A stretch of 64,000 nt of DNA from an uncultured Acidobacteriota bacterium (GTDB lineage Bacteria; Acidobacteriota; Terriglobia; Acidiferrales; UBA7541), in the NCBI GenBank assembly GCA_963709105.1, contig CAVPVC010000016.1:526700-590699 (forward strand), written 5' to 3'. Positions 17,805 to 26,556 of this stretch are shown here, piece after piece. How positions within the stretch are numbered: the first letter of the stretch is position 1; each line of letters starts with the position of its first letter. The position numbers and the translations under genes are program-made. The notes under the pieces were generated by a model. That model worked only from the letters and a program-made list of their open reading frames with translations, searched no databases and was not told the DNA's origin.

Positions 17805-20800
17805 ATGCAAAAGGGTGGCTTTAGGGGAAGCTGCAACTACACGAATCTATTCTTCGGGGTTTTGATTCTTGCGGTGGCGGCGCTGCTGAGCGCCGGCTCG
17901 CTGGTCGCGCAGACTGCTGGTACTGGTACCATCTCCGGGACGATCAGCGACCCTTCAGGCGCCGCGATTGCGGGCGCCACCGTGGATGTGATCAGCGTCG
18001 AGACGGGAATCATTCACACCCTCACGACGGATGAATCCGGGCTCTACTATGCGCCGTTCCTGCAACCTGGACATTATGTTGTGGACGCGACGAAGGAAGG
18101 CTTCGCAAAGGTGGAACGAAAGGATCTTCTCCTCCAGGTAGGAGATAAGCTGGGAGTTGACCTCTCCCTCCCGCTGAAGACCACGGCGGAGACGATCACC
18201 GTCACCGGCGAAGCGCCGCTGATCGAACCGGACAAGACGGACTTGTCGCAAACTGTGAGCCAGACGCTGGCGGGCAATCTGCCGCTGAATGGCCGCCGCT
18301 GGGAAAATTTCGCGCTGCTGACGCCCGGCAATACTACGGATGGATCGCACGGCCTGGTGAGCTATCACGGCATTTCGGGCTTGTTCAATAACAGCGCGGT
18401 CGATGGCACGAGCAACCAGCAGGCGTTTTTTTCCGAGGATCGTGGACGCACCGGCGTCGCCTACACCTACAGCCTGGACGCCATCCAGGAATTCCAGGTG
18501 AATTCGAATGCCTATAGCGCTGAATTCGGACAAGCCGCCGGCGGAATGATCAACGCCGTCACCAAGTCCGGAACGAACGACATTCACGGCGATCTGTTCT
18601 ACTATTTGCGCTATCCCAGCCTGAACGCTCTCGATCCCTACAGCAAATCGCAAGGCATTCTCACGCAGCCCGAACACCAGCGGCAGCAGTTCGGCGGCAG
18701 CGTCGGCGGCCCGATCATCAAAGACAAGCTGTTCTTCTTCGCCAACTACGACGGGCAGCGGCGCTCGTTCCCGATCATCTACACGGGGCCATCCACGCCG
18801 CAGGCTCTGGGTGCGGTGAACACGGCCAACTGCGCGCCTTCCATCATTGTGGGAATCACGGCCGCGCAATGCCAGGCAGCCGTCAATTACATCCTGGGAA
18901 ATATCGGGCCTCAACCGCGATTTGGAGACCAGGACATTTATCTCGGCAAGCTCGATTATCAGGCGAACGCCAACAATCACCTGAGCGTTTCGTTCAATTT
19001 CATGGATTGGAAGGCGCCCAACGATTACAGCACCAGCCCGACGTTCAGCGCCGGGTCGGTGACGCAGAACGGGTCTTACGGAACGCACGAGCGCTTCCTG
19101 GTGGCGCACTGGAACACCGTGATTTCTTCCACCACGGTGAACGATTTCCGTTTTCAGTGGTCCCGGGACTTTGAGTTCTATTCCGCCAATTTCTCCGGCC
19201 CGAGCGTGAGCTTGAGTTCCATTTTCGCTTACGGTATGCCCAACGCGCTGCCCCGCCCGGCGTTCCCTGACGAGCATCGCCTGGAATTCGCGGATTCGGT
19301 GACAATGGTCCACGGCCGGCACACGTTCAAGTTCGGCGCGGATATCAGCCCCATTCACGAACTGCTGATCAACCTGTTTCAGGGCGGCGGGATATACGCG
19401 TACTCCTACAGCAACAGCGCACCCGCGTTTACGTTCGAGAACTGGGTTGCCGACGTGTATAACCTGCCGCTGGCGAGCGACGGAGCCAATGCCGCAGCTC
19501 GGCTCGGCAAGCATTACAACACGTTCACGCAAGCCTATGATCCGATTACCGGAGAGGGCAAGGACGACTTTTACGACGTCGATTACGGATTCTACGGAGA
19601 GGACACCTGGAAGGCCCGACCGAACCTGACGTTCAACCTCGGGCTGCGCTACGACATCCAGTGGGTTCCGCAACCGCCCCGCCCCAATAACTCCTCGAAC
19701 CTGGCTTATTACGCGACTAGCGACCTCAACATAGACCATGCCGATATTGCGCCGCGAATCGGAGTGGCCTGGCAGGTTGCCAAGAACATGGTGGTTCGCG
19801 GAGGCTACGGAATCTTCTACGCCAAAACGACCAACAGCTCGTTCTACGACACACGGGTCGAAAATGGCGTTTACCAGCAGACTTACAACTGCAACGCGAG
19901 CTTCACCTCGGTGACAAGCTCCGTGACATCCATCGCTGCGTGCGCCCCGATCTTCCCGAATATTATCTTCCCCGCCCTTGGCCCGGCGCTGTCAGCTCCT
20001 TTCGCGGGAGCCGTAACGCCGAAATCAGTTAACACAAATCCCAGCGCGGCCACCATCAGCTTCCGCGGTCAGGCCCCCGACTACGTGGAGCCTATGGTCC
20101 ACGAGGCCAATATTGCTGTCGAGCGGCAACTGCCCGGAGACATCAGCGTATCGGGCACCTACGCTTTTACGCGAGGCCAGCATCTGCCGGTTTGCGACGA
20201 CGCCAACCTGGCGCCGCCGACGACCACGGTTACTTACAACGTGCTGGCCCCGATCGCCGGGGGGAATCCGTACGGAGCCTTTCCTGGGGCCGGCACGGTG
20301 ACTGTGCCGCTCTTCACGTCCAGGCAGACGACGGCCAACCCGATCATCAGCGTTTGCCGCAGCATCGTACACAGCCTCTACAACGCGATGATCCTCACCG
20401 GGAAAAAACAATTCAACCACGGGTTTGAGTTCGTGGCGAACTACACCTGGTCGCATACCGAGGACGATGGGCAGGTTCTCGGCGATACCGGAACATTCAA
20501 CGGAAGCTCGGACGCGCCACTGAACCCATACAACCAACAGTATGAGTGGGGCAATTCCGACTTCGACCAGCGGCAACGCTTCGTGGCCAGCCTGTTGTGG
20601 TCGCCGCGCGTAAAGTCCGACAGCCGCGTCGTGCGGGATGTGCTCAACGGGTTCAATTTCTCCAGCATTGTGACGATTGCGTCGCCCTTGCCGGTGAATG
20701 CCCTGATGAGTTCCACTTTCACCCCGTGCGCTTTGACAGCCTCGCCGACCAGCACAACCTGCCTCGCGGGCGAGACCGGGGTGGATGGCGGCGCGACGGG

Positions 20801-21155
20801 CGGAGTGGAGCAGAACGCCAGCAACGCCGCCGGCCGCATTCCGAACTTCCAAAAGAACTCCTTCCGCGGGCCTACGCAGATTCGGGATGTGGATTTCCGG
20901 ATCGGGCGTGACTTCAACCTTTTCAGCGAGCGCTACAAGTTCCAGGTGTTCCTCGAAGCGTTCAACCTGTTCAATCACACCATCTTTACGAGCGTCAACA
21001 CGTCGGCGTATGCCTACATCGCCCCCGGCGCCGCTGGCTGCGCCTTCGCGACTCCCTGCCTGAGCCCGCAGTCGTCGTTCCTGACTCCGACGGCGTCGAG
21101 CAACAACCTGATCAGCGCGCGGCAGCTTCAGATTTCGGGGAAGTTCTTCTTCTGA
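17805..21155 (+). CDS. TonB-dependent receptor with N-terminal carboxypeptidase-regulatory-like domain
   Basis: ATG at 17805 follows AGGAG. It has a signal peptide, then TGTISGTISDPSGAAIAGATVDV, a plug-like region, and a C-terminal beta-barrel ending LQISGKFFF (terminal aromatic residue). Confidence 0.8.
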   Translation: MQKGGFRGSCNYTNLFFGVLILAVAALLSAGSLVAQTAGTGTISGTISDPSGAAIAGATVDVISVETGIIHTLTTDESGLYYAPFLQPGHYVVDATKEGFAKVERKDLLLQVGDKLGVDLSLPLKTTAETITVTGEAPLIEPDKTDLSQTVSQTLAGNLPLNGRRWENFALLTPGNTTDGSHGLVSYHGISGLFNNSAVDGTSNQQAFFSEDRGRTGVAYTYSLDAIQEFQVNSNAYSAEFGQAAGGMINAVTKSGTNDIHGDLFYYLRYPSLNALDPYSKSQGILTQPEHQRQQFGGSVGGPIIKDKLFFFANYDGQRRSFPIIYTGPSTPQALGAVNTANCAPSIIVGITAAQCQAAVNYILGNIGPQPRFGDQDIYLGKLDYQANANNHLSVSFNFMDWKAPNDYSTSPTFSAGSVTQNGSYGTHERFLVAHWNTVISSTTVNDFRFQWSRDFEFYSANFSGPSVSLSSIFAYGMPNALPRPAFPDEHRLEFADSVTMVHGRHTFKFGADISPIHELLINLFQGGGIYAYSYSNSAPAFTFENWVADVYNLPLASDGANAAARLGKHYNTFTQAYDPITGEGKDDFYDVDYGFYGEDTWKARPNLTFNLGLRYDIQWVPQPPRPNNSSNLAYYATSDLNIDHADIAPRIGVAWQVAKNMVVRGGYGIFYAKTTNSSFYDTRVENGVYQQTYNCNASFTSVTSSVTSIAACAPIFPNIIFPALGPALSAPFAGAVTPKSVNTNPSAATISFRGQAPDYVEPMVHEANIAVERQLPGDISVSGTYAFTRGQHLPVCDDANLAPPTTTVTYNVLAPIAGGNPYGAFPGAGTVTVPLFTSRQTTANPIISVCRSIVHSLYNAMILTGKKQFNHGFEFVANYTWSHTEDDGQVLGDTGTFNGSSDAPLNPYNQQYEWGNSDFDQRQRFVASLLWSPRVKSDSRVVRDVLNGFNFSSIVTIASPLPVNALMSSTFTPCALTASPTSTTCLAGETGVDGGATGGVEQNASNAAGRIPNFQKNSFRGPTQIRDVDFRIGRDFNLFSERYKFQVFLEAFNLFNHTIFTSVNTSAYAYIAPGAAGCAFATPCLSPQSSFLTPTASSNNLISARQLQISGKFFF

Positions 21156-21184
21156 AGCTAGGCAGCAACCGGTGTAACTATCGA

Positions 21185-21215
21185 CGCGGCAGCTTCGGCT
21201 GCCGCGTTTTTTTTT
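21185..21215 (+). terminator. intrinsic terminator
   Basis: CGCGGCAGC TTCG GCTGCCGCG followed by T9. Confidence 0.85.
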
Positions 21216-21284
21216 GGCGCTCGCGTTTGCGACGGGTGACCCGCTACCATCGAGCTTGCGGATGTGTGAAAGCAGGGCGGGGGC

Positions 21285-22727
21285 GTGACGCGGGTGCAAT
21301 CGTCGCGGCAGAGCTATGATGCTGTTGTGATCGGGTCGGGGCCGAATGGGTTGGCGGCCGCGATTACGATGGCGCAGGCTGGGCGCTCCGTGCTGGTGGT
21401 GGAGGGGCGGGAGACGATTGGCGGCGGCATGCGTTCGGCGGAGCTCACGCTGCCGGGATTTCTTCACGATGTCTGCTCGGCTGTGCATCCCATGGCGGTT
21501 GGCTCGCCTTTCTTTCGTACGCTTCCCCTTCGCGAACACGGATTGGAATGGGTTGAGCCGGCTGGTGCGATGGCGCATCCCTTCGACGACGGCACCGCCG
21601 TCGTCGTGGAGCGTTCGCTGCAGGCGACGGCAGCGCAGCTTGGCGAAGATGCCGGCGCGTATGCGCGACTTATGGCGCCGCTGGTGGCAGATTGGCCTAA
21701 GATCAAGCGGACGGTGCTGGGGTCGGTGGCGTTTCCTGCGCATCCGCTTGCGGCTGCGCGATTCAGTTTGCACGCGGTGCGGGCCGCGTCGAGCCTCGCG
21801 CGATCCACGTTCCGGGGCGCGAAGGCGCGGGCGGTTTTTGCGGGGCTTGCGGCGCATTCCATCCTCCCGCTTGAGAAAATTCCCAGCGCCGCGTTTGGGC
21901 TGGTACTGGGCATCACGGCGCACGCGGTGGGCTGGCCGGTCGCTCGCGGGGGCTCGCGGAGGATCGGCGAGGCGCTTGCTTCTTACCTGCGCTCGCTTGG
22001 CGGAGAAATCGTTACGGGAAGCATGGTCGAGTCACTCGAGCAAGTGCCGGAGGCGGGCGTCGTGCTGTGCGACGTGACTCCGCGGCAGTTGCTTGCGATT
22101 GCCGGAGGTCGCTTCCCTTCCGGCTTCCGGCGCAGCCTGGAGCGCTATCGCTACGGGCCGGGAGTCTGCAAACTGGACTGGGCGCTCGATGCGCCGATTC
22201 CTTGGAAGGCCGCGGCTTGCGGGAGTGCCGCGACCGTACACCTGGGGGGCAGCCTCGAGGAAATCGAGGCGTCGGAACGGGCGCCGTGGCAGGGCGAACA
22301 TGCCGAAAAGACTTTCGTGATACTGGTGCAGCCTACTCTGTTCGATGCGTCGCGCGCGCCCGCTGGTAAGCACGTGGCGTGGGCTTACTGCCACGTGCCG
22401 AACGGGTCGAAGGCCGATGCCAGCGAGTGGATCGAGAACCAGGTGGAACGGTTCGCGCCGGGATTTCGCAGGATCATTTTGAAGCGGAGCGTGCTGACGG
22501 CCGCGGAGTTGCAACTCTACAATCCGAACCTGGTGGGAGGAGACCTTAACGGAGGCGCGCCGGAGATCGACCAGCTTTTTGCGCGCCCTACGTGGCGGCG
22601 GTATCGCACACCTGCGAAGAATGTGTACATCTGTTCGTCGTCCACGCCGCCGGGCGCAGGTGTTCACGGCATGTGCGGACACCTTGCGGCGCGTGCGGCG
22701 CTCCACGATCACTCCGGAAGAAAATAA
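21285..22727 (+). CDS. phytoene desaturase-family NAD(P)/FAD-dependent oxidoreductase (CrtI-like)
   Basis: GTG start. Dinucleotide-binding motif YDAVVIGSGPNGLAAAITMAQAGRSVLVVE; C-terminal ICSSSTPPGAGVHGMCG. Confidence 0.7.
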   Translation: MTRVQSSRQSYDAVVIGSGPNGLAAAITMAQAGRSVLVVEGRETIGGGMRSAELTLPGFLHDVCSAVHPMAVGSPFFRTLPLREHGLEWVEPAGAMAHPFDDGTAVVVERSLQATAAQLGEDAGAYARLMAPLVADWPKIKRTVLGSVAFPAHPLAAARFSLHAVRAASSLARSTFRGAKARAVFAGLAAHSILPLEKIPSAAFGLVLGITAHAVGWPVARGGSRRIGEALASYLRSLGGEIVTGSMVESLEQVPEAGVVLCDVTPRQLLAIAGGRFPSGFRRSLERYRYGPGVCKLDWALDAPIPWKAAACGSAATVHLGGSLEEIEASERAPWQGEHAEKTFVILVQPTLFDASRAPAGKHVAWAYCHVPNGSKADASEWIENQVERFAPGFRRIILKRSVLTAAELQLYNPNLVGGDLNGGAPEIDQLFARPTWRRYRTPAKNVYICSSSTPPGAGVHGMCGHLAARAALHDHSGRK

Positions 22728-22764
22728 AAAAGCCCTGGCGCTCGCGGTTGGCGAGCACCAGGGC
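22721..22764 (-). terminator. intrinsic terminator ending the atpZ-I-B-E transcription unit
   Basis: On the minus strand: GCCCTGGTGCTCGC CAACC GCGAGCGCCAGGGC, then TTTTTTATTTT. It overlaps the stop of the convergent CrtI-like gene. Confidence 0.75.
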
Positions 22765-22787
22765 CGAAGGTATCCCGTAATGTAAAA

Positions 22788-23096
22788 CTACTTGATCAGA
22801 ACGATGACCAGCGCGTACAGCGTCAGCGACTCGATGAGCGCCACGCCGATGATGAACGCGATGCGGATGGGACCGCTTGCGCCGGGATTCCGCGCCGTGC
22901 CTTCGCAGGCCGCCGCAGTGGCGCGTCCCTGACCGAGACCGCAACCCGCCGCTGTGATGCCGAGAGCGATGGCCGCCGCCACGTCAATCCAATCCGTGGT
23001 GCCGGAGGCTGCCGGACCGCCCTGCGCGAACGTTACGGGCGCCAGAACCAGCGCCGCAATCGCCGCCATCAGAAACCAAACCATTTTCCTTGTCAT
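22788..23096 (-). CDS. atpE: F0F1 ATP synthase subunit c, with an N-terminal signal-peptide-like extension
   Basis: Helix 1 is AIALGITAAGCGLGQG, the loop is ARNP, and helix 2 is FIIGVALIESLTLYALV with the ion-binding Glu. About 25 extra N-terminal residues read MVWFLMAAIAALVLAPVTFAQG. Confidence 0.85.
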   Translation of the reverse strand: MTRKMVWFLMAAIAALVLAPVTFAQGGPAASGTTDWIDVAAAIALGITAAGCGLGQGRATAAACEGTARNPGASGPIRIAFIIGVALIESLTLYALVIVLIK

Positions 23097-23201
23097 GCTT
23101 TCTCCTTGTTTATGAATTTGCCGCCAGGAGGTGGTTCCCGGCCGCCTTGGGAGGCCGCCGGTCTCACGCTGGAAGCTGTTTAATTCCGCTACTGTTTATT
23201 T

Positions 23202-24017
23202 CTAGTGTTCCTCGGCAGTCGCGAGGCCGAGATACACGATGGAAAGAATCGTAAAGATGAAAGCCTGCAGCACCGCTTCGAAAATATGAAAGAACGTCAG
23301 TGCCAGCGGGATCGCCACCGGAACCACCGCCGAAGCATACCCGATCGCACTCAGGCGCCCGAGGAACGAGAACAGCCCGATCGTCAGCCCGAGGAACGAA
23401 ACGAAAATGAGTTCACTGACCATCATGTTGGCCCAAAGACGAACGGTGAGCGAGAGCAGCCGCGCGAAATGGCTGAACGTCTCGACAATGAACATGATCG
23501 GCGAGATTGCCGGCACCGGCCCGAGCAGAGTCTTCACGTAGCCTCCGGGGCCGTGCTTCTTCAGGCCGAAGCTGTTGTAGTAAAAGAACACGACGATGGC
23601 GCAGCCGAGCGGAACGGTTACCGCGGCGGTGGGCGACATCAACCCCGGAACGACCGCCAGCATGTTGGACATGAAAATGAACAAGCCTACCGAGCCGATC
23701 AGCGGGATGTGCTGGTCGGAACCGTGGCCCACGATATCGTCGAGAAGATCCTTGATGCCGACGCCCATGGGGTTCACGAGGAAAAATTCCATGATCTGCT
23801 GCGTCACGCCGGGATGGTCGGCGCGGATGCGCGCCTTGAGCCACAGGAAGAACAGCACGGCGACGAGCACGACGAGCAATTCCATCGCGATGAAATTGGG
23901 AATGGGATAATCCGGATTTTCCGGCTGGATATGCAGCAGAGCCAATATCGCGGCGACCGGCTTGGCCAGCACCGCGTTCACCAGCTTTGTGAGACCTAGG
24001 ACTTCCTCTTTGCCCAT
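23202..24017 (-). CDS. atpB: F0F1 ATP synthase subunit a
   Basis: 271 aa, polytopic. LSLTVRLWANMMVSELI contains the conserved Arg of subunit a. Confidence 0.9.
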   Translation of the reverse strand: MGKEEVLGLTKLVNAVLAKPVAAILALLHIQPENPDYPIPNFIAMELLVVLVAVLFFLWLKARIRADHPGVTQQIMEFFLVNPMGVGIKDLLDDIVGHGSDQHIPLIGSVGLFIFMSNMLAVVPGLMSPTAAVTVPLGCAIVVFFYYNSFGLKKHGPGGYVKTLLGPVPAISPIMFIVETFSHFARLLSLTVRLWANMMVSELIFVSFLGLTIGLFSFLGRLSAIGYASAVVPVAIPLALTFFHIFEAVLQAFIFTILSIVYLGLATAEEH

Positions 24018-24066
24018 GCTTCTCCCGTGAAAGGAACTGGGGTCACTATGAATTTGCGTTTCGGAG

Positions 24067-24483
24067 TTACTGCTCGTTCCAGCGATGGTGTCCGGTCGCC
24101 AATTCGTATGCCAATTCCACCAGAATGGCCGGGACCACCGCGGCCAGCCCGCACACTACCGGTATCGCGGGCAGCCTGAGACGACTGAGAATAACATACG
24201 CGGCTACGAGCAGCAATAATGAGCGCCCAAAGAACTTAGCGTGTACGCTGCGGGGAACGTGGACCACCTGCGCCCCGGCCTGGGCCATGCCGAGGTTGAT
24301 CACGCCGGTGGCTCCGCGCCGCAGCCAGCGGAAATTCAGCCAGCAGAGAGCCGCTCCCAGGGCTACGCCTGCGGTGCCTCGGATTCCCCATTTGAGGTAG
24401 GCTGCCACCGCCATTATCCCGCCCAAAACTGGGATGAAGAGTTCGATGCGGCGCTCGATGGCTTCGGAGTCGGAGCGATTCAC
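24067..24483 (-). CDS. atpI: ATP synthase subunit I-like membrane protein
   Basis: 138 aa with four hydrophobic segments, positioned directly upstream of atpB. Confidence 0.65.
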   Translation of the reverse strand: MNRSDSEAIERRIELFIPVLGGIMAVAAYLKWGIRGTAGVALGAALCWLNFRWLRRGATGVINLGMAQAGAQVVHVPRSVHAKFFGRSLLLLVAAYVILSRLRLPAIPVVCGLAAVVPAILVELAYELATGHHRWNEQ

Positions 24484-24758
24484 GGTCTCTTCACGGTTTC
24501 TTGTCGTGAATTGCCGGCGCTCTTGACGGCGTCTCGGACACCGACGATTACGCCGAGAATTCCGAGGACGATCAAGAGCAGGGGTTTGGTGTGCAGCCAG
24601 CGATCGAGAAAAAATCCCAGGACGCCGCCCATGACTACCGGGCCAACCAGGATGAACGGCAATTCAAACGCGAGGGCAAGCTGCTTGACTGTTCCGCCCT
24701 GGTCTTTGTTGGGCGCGCCATTCGGCGCGTCATTCGGTGAAGGATTGCCGTAAGCCAT
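24480..24758 (-). CDS. atpZ: AtpZ/AtpI-family small membrane protein
   Basis: ATG at 24758 (MAYGNPSPND...). LALAFELPFILVGPVVMGGVLGFFLDRWLHTKP matches the ATPase_gene1 pattern from memory. The rest of track ORF 24480-25151 is spurious. Confidence 0.65.
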   Translation of the reverse strand: MAYGNPSPNDAPNGAPNKDQGGTVKQLALAFELPFILVGPVVMGGVLGFFLDRWLHTKPLLLIVLGILGVIVGVRDAVKSAGNSRQETVKRP

Positions 24759-24772
24759 CGGTACGCTCTCTT

Positions 24773-25249
24773 TCAACCGTGCCTGGCGCCGTGAAGAACC
24801 GCCGCCGAATGCGGCAGCAGATCGGCCACCGCGTCGAGCGACTGCACCGCGCCATCTGGGCTGCCCGGCAAATTTACGATGATGGTGGTGCCGCGAATCC
24901 CCGCTGCGGCGCGCGACAGGATCGCGCGCGGAGTTTTCTTCACGCCTTCGGCTCGCATCTGCTCGGGGAAGCCGGGGATCATGCGTTCGCAAACCGCCTG
25001 CGTCGCTTCGGGAGTCACATCGCGCGGTCCAACGCCGGTGCCGCCGGTGGTCAGGATCAAGTCTACGCCGTTTGCGTCGGCGGTCGTCTTCAGAAACGAT
25101 TCGATCGCGGCGCGGTCGTCCGCGAGCACGGCGGACGAGACGACTTCCCATCCCAGCGATTTGCAGCGCGCGTGGACCTCGGGGCCGGAGCGGTCTTCAT
25201 ATTTACCAGCCGAGACTGAATCGCTGACGGTGAGAATGGCTACACGCAT
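24773..25249 (-). CDS. mog: molybdenum cofactor biosynthesis protein MogA/MoaB
   Basis: MRVAILTVSDSVSAGKYEDRSG...LILTTGGTGVGPRDVTPEA...IVNLPGSP. This is the 3' portion of the chimeric 586-aa track ORF. Confidence 0.85.
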   Translation of the reverse strand: MRVAILTVSDSVSAGKYEDRSGPEVHARCKSLGWEVVSSAVLADDRAAIESFLKTTADANGVDLILTTGGTGVGPRDVTPEATQAVCERMIPGFPEQMRAEGVKKTPRAILSRAAAGIRGTTIIVNLPGSPDGAVQSLDAVADLLPHSAAVLHGARHG

Positions 25250-25272
25250 GGGTTCGATGGCGGCGCGGCGAG

Positions 25273-26037
25273 CTAGCTTTCCGTGGCTTCGGCGTTTTCT
25301 GGGGTGGCGTCCCGCTGGCCTTCGTCCATCAGCCGCAGCCCTTCCATCAGCAGGCCCGTGGTGGAGCGGGAAATGATGGTGCGGGTGGGCGCGCTGTTGA
25401 AATCGATCTCGAACTCGCCATCGGTCCAGCGCACGGCCTGGTAGACAGCTTCTTCGCCTTCGATCGATCCTGCGCGAGCATCGGCGCACTGGCCCGCGGC
25501 GAAAAATAATTCGCAGGTCTCGCCCGCGCGCCGGATGGTTAGCTGGCAGGATTTCTGGCCCATTTCGAGCGACTGCATCAGGTCGAGAATGCTCATTTCT
25601 TCGAGGCGGCCCTGGATCACGCCGGGGCGCACGGCGCGCTTCTGCAGCTTTTCGAGCTGCAGGCGGTCGATCACTTTTTTGGCGCGCTGCACGAGGTCGT
25701 TCAGGAAGAAAGGCTTGCTGATCAGTTCTTCGACGCCATCGAGAGGGGGCGCAGCTTCTCTTCGATGTCGCCGCGGCTGGCCAGAAAAATAAACGGGATG
25801 CTGCGCGTCTGCGGGACGGGCGCGAACTTTTTCGTAGAGCTGGCGGCCGTCGATTCCGGGCATGCGGTAGTCGCAGACCACCAGGTCGGGCTGCTCGTCG
25901 ATGATTTTCATCAGCGCGTCGGCGCTGTCGGCAGCGGAGTGCGCGTCGCAGAGAGGCGAAAGGCCTCGCATGATCAGGTCGAGGATCAGCGCATTGTCGT
26001 CGACCACGAGCACTTTGACGTCTTTCGCTTGCGCCAT
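25273..26037 (-). CDS. response regulator receiver domain fused to a DUF4388 (PATAN-like) domain; internal compensating frameshift pair
   Basis: VLVVDDNALILDL...DLVVCDYRMPGIDG is the receiver domain. EEMSILDLMQSLEMGQKSCQLTI is DUF4388-like. Between about 25742 and 25814 the expected PQTRSIPFIFLASRGDIEEKLRPL is encoded in a different frame. Confidence 0.75.
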   Translation of the reverse strand: MAQAKDVKVLVVDDNALILDLIMRGLSPLCDAHSAADSADALMKIIDEQPDLVVCDYRMPGIDGRQLYEKVRARPADAQHPVYFSGQPRRHRREAAPPLDGVEELISKPFFLNDLVQRAKKVIDRLQLEKLQKRAVRPGVIQGRLEEMSILDLMQSLEMGQKSCQLTIRRAGETCELFFAAGQCADARAGSIEGEEAVYQAVRWTDGEFEIDFNSAPTRTIISRSTTGLLMEGLRLMDEGQRDATPENAEATES

Positions 26038-26049
26038 TGTTGTCGGGAA

Positions 26050-26533
26050 CTACTTGCGCTTTTCCGGCCGGACGTACAGGCCGCTTCTGCCGCCGGACTT
26101 CTTCGTGACGTAAACGTCGCCGATCGTCATGCCGCGTTCGAGTGCCTTGCACATGTCGTAGATCGTGAGCGCCGCTACGGAGGCCGCCACCAGCGCTTCC
26201 ATCTCGACGCCCGTGGGTCCCGTGGCCGTCGCTTCCGAGGTAATCTCGACTCCATTCTGGCACAGCTTTGCGCTCACATCCACGTGCGTCAAGGACAGGG
26301 GGTGACAAAGCGGAATCAGCTCGGAAGTGCGCTTGGCGGCGGTGATTCCGGCGATCCGCGCGATTTCGAGGGGGCTGCCCTTGGGCGACTTGAGGCGGCG
26401 CACCGCCGCGACGGTGGCTCGCTGCATGCTGCACGAAGGCGTGGGCCACGGCTACGCGGGACGTGGCGGGCTTGGCCGTGACGTCCACCATGCGGACGCG
26501 GCCCTTTTTATCGTAGTGCGAGAGCTTTTTCAT
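26050..26533 (-). CDS. moaC: cyclic pyranopterin monophosphate synthase MoaC, one frameshift near 26428-26431
   Basis: The N-terminus [34 protein letters not shown] is in one frame. [44 protein letters not shown] follows in ORF 26050-26427. Confidence 0.88.
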
Positions 26534-26556
26534 TGAGGATGCTCAAAAACGGAATT

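Noticed and set aside
17955-21923. Very long antisense ORFs (17955-19739, 594 aa; 20025-21923, 632 aa) opposite the TonB-dependent receptor and CrtI-like genes
   Set aside because: Their products are Arg/Gly/Pro/His-rich low-complexity translations typical of shadow ORFs in GC-rich DNA. The sense strand encodes clearly conserved proteins.
24773-26533. 586-aa minus-strand ORF spanning mog to moaC
   Set aside because: It is a chimera. Only its two ends (the MoaC N-terminus and Mog) are real coding sequence. The middle is the out-of-frame, Arg-rich read-through of the response regulator gene.
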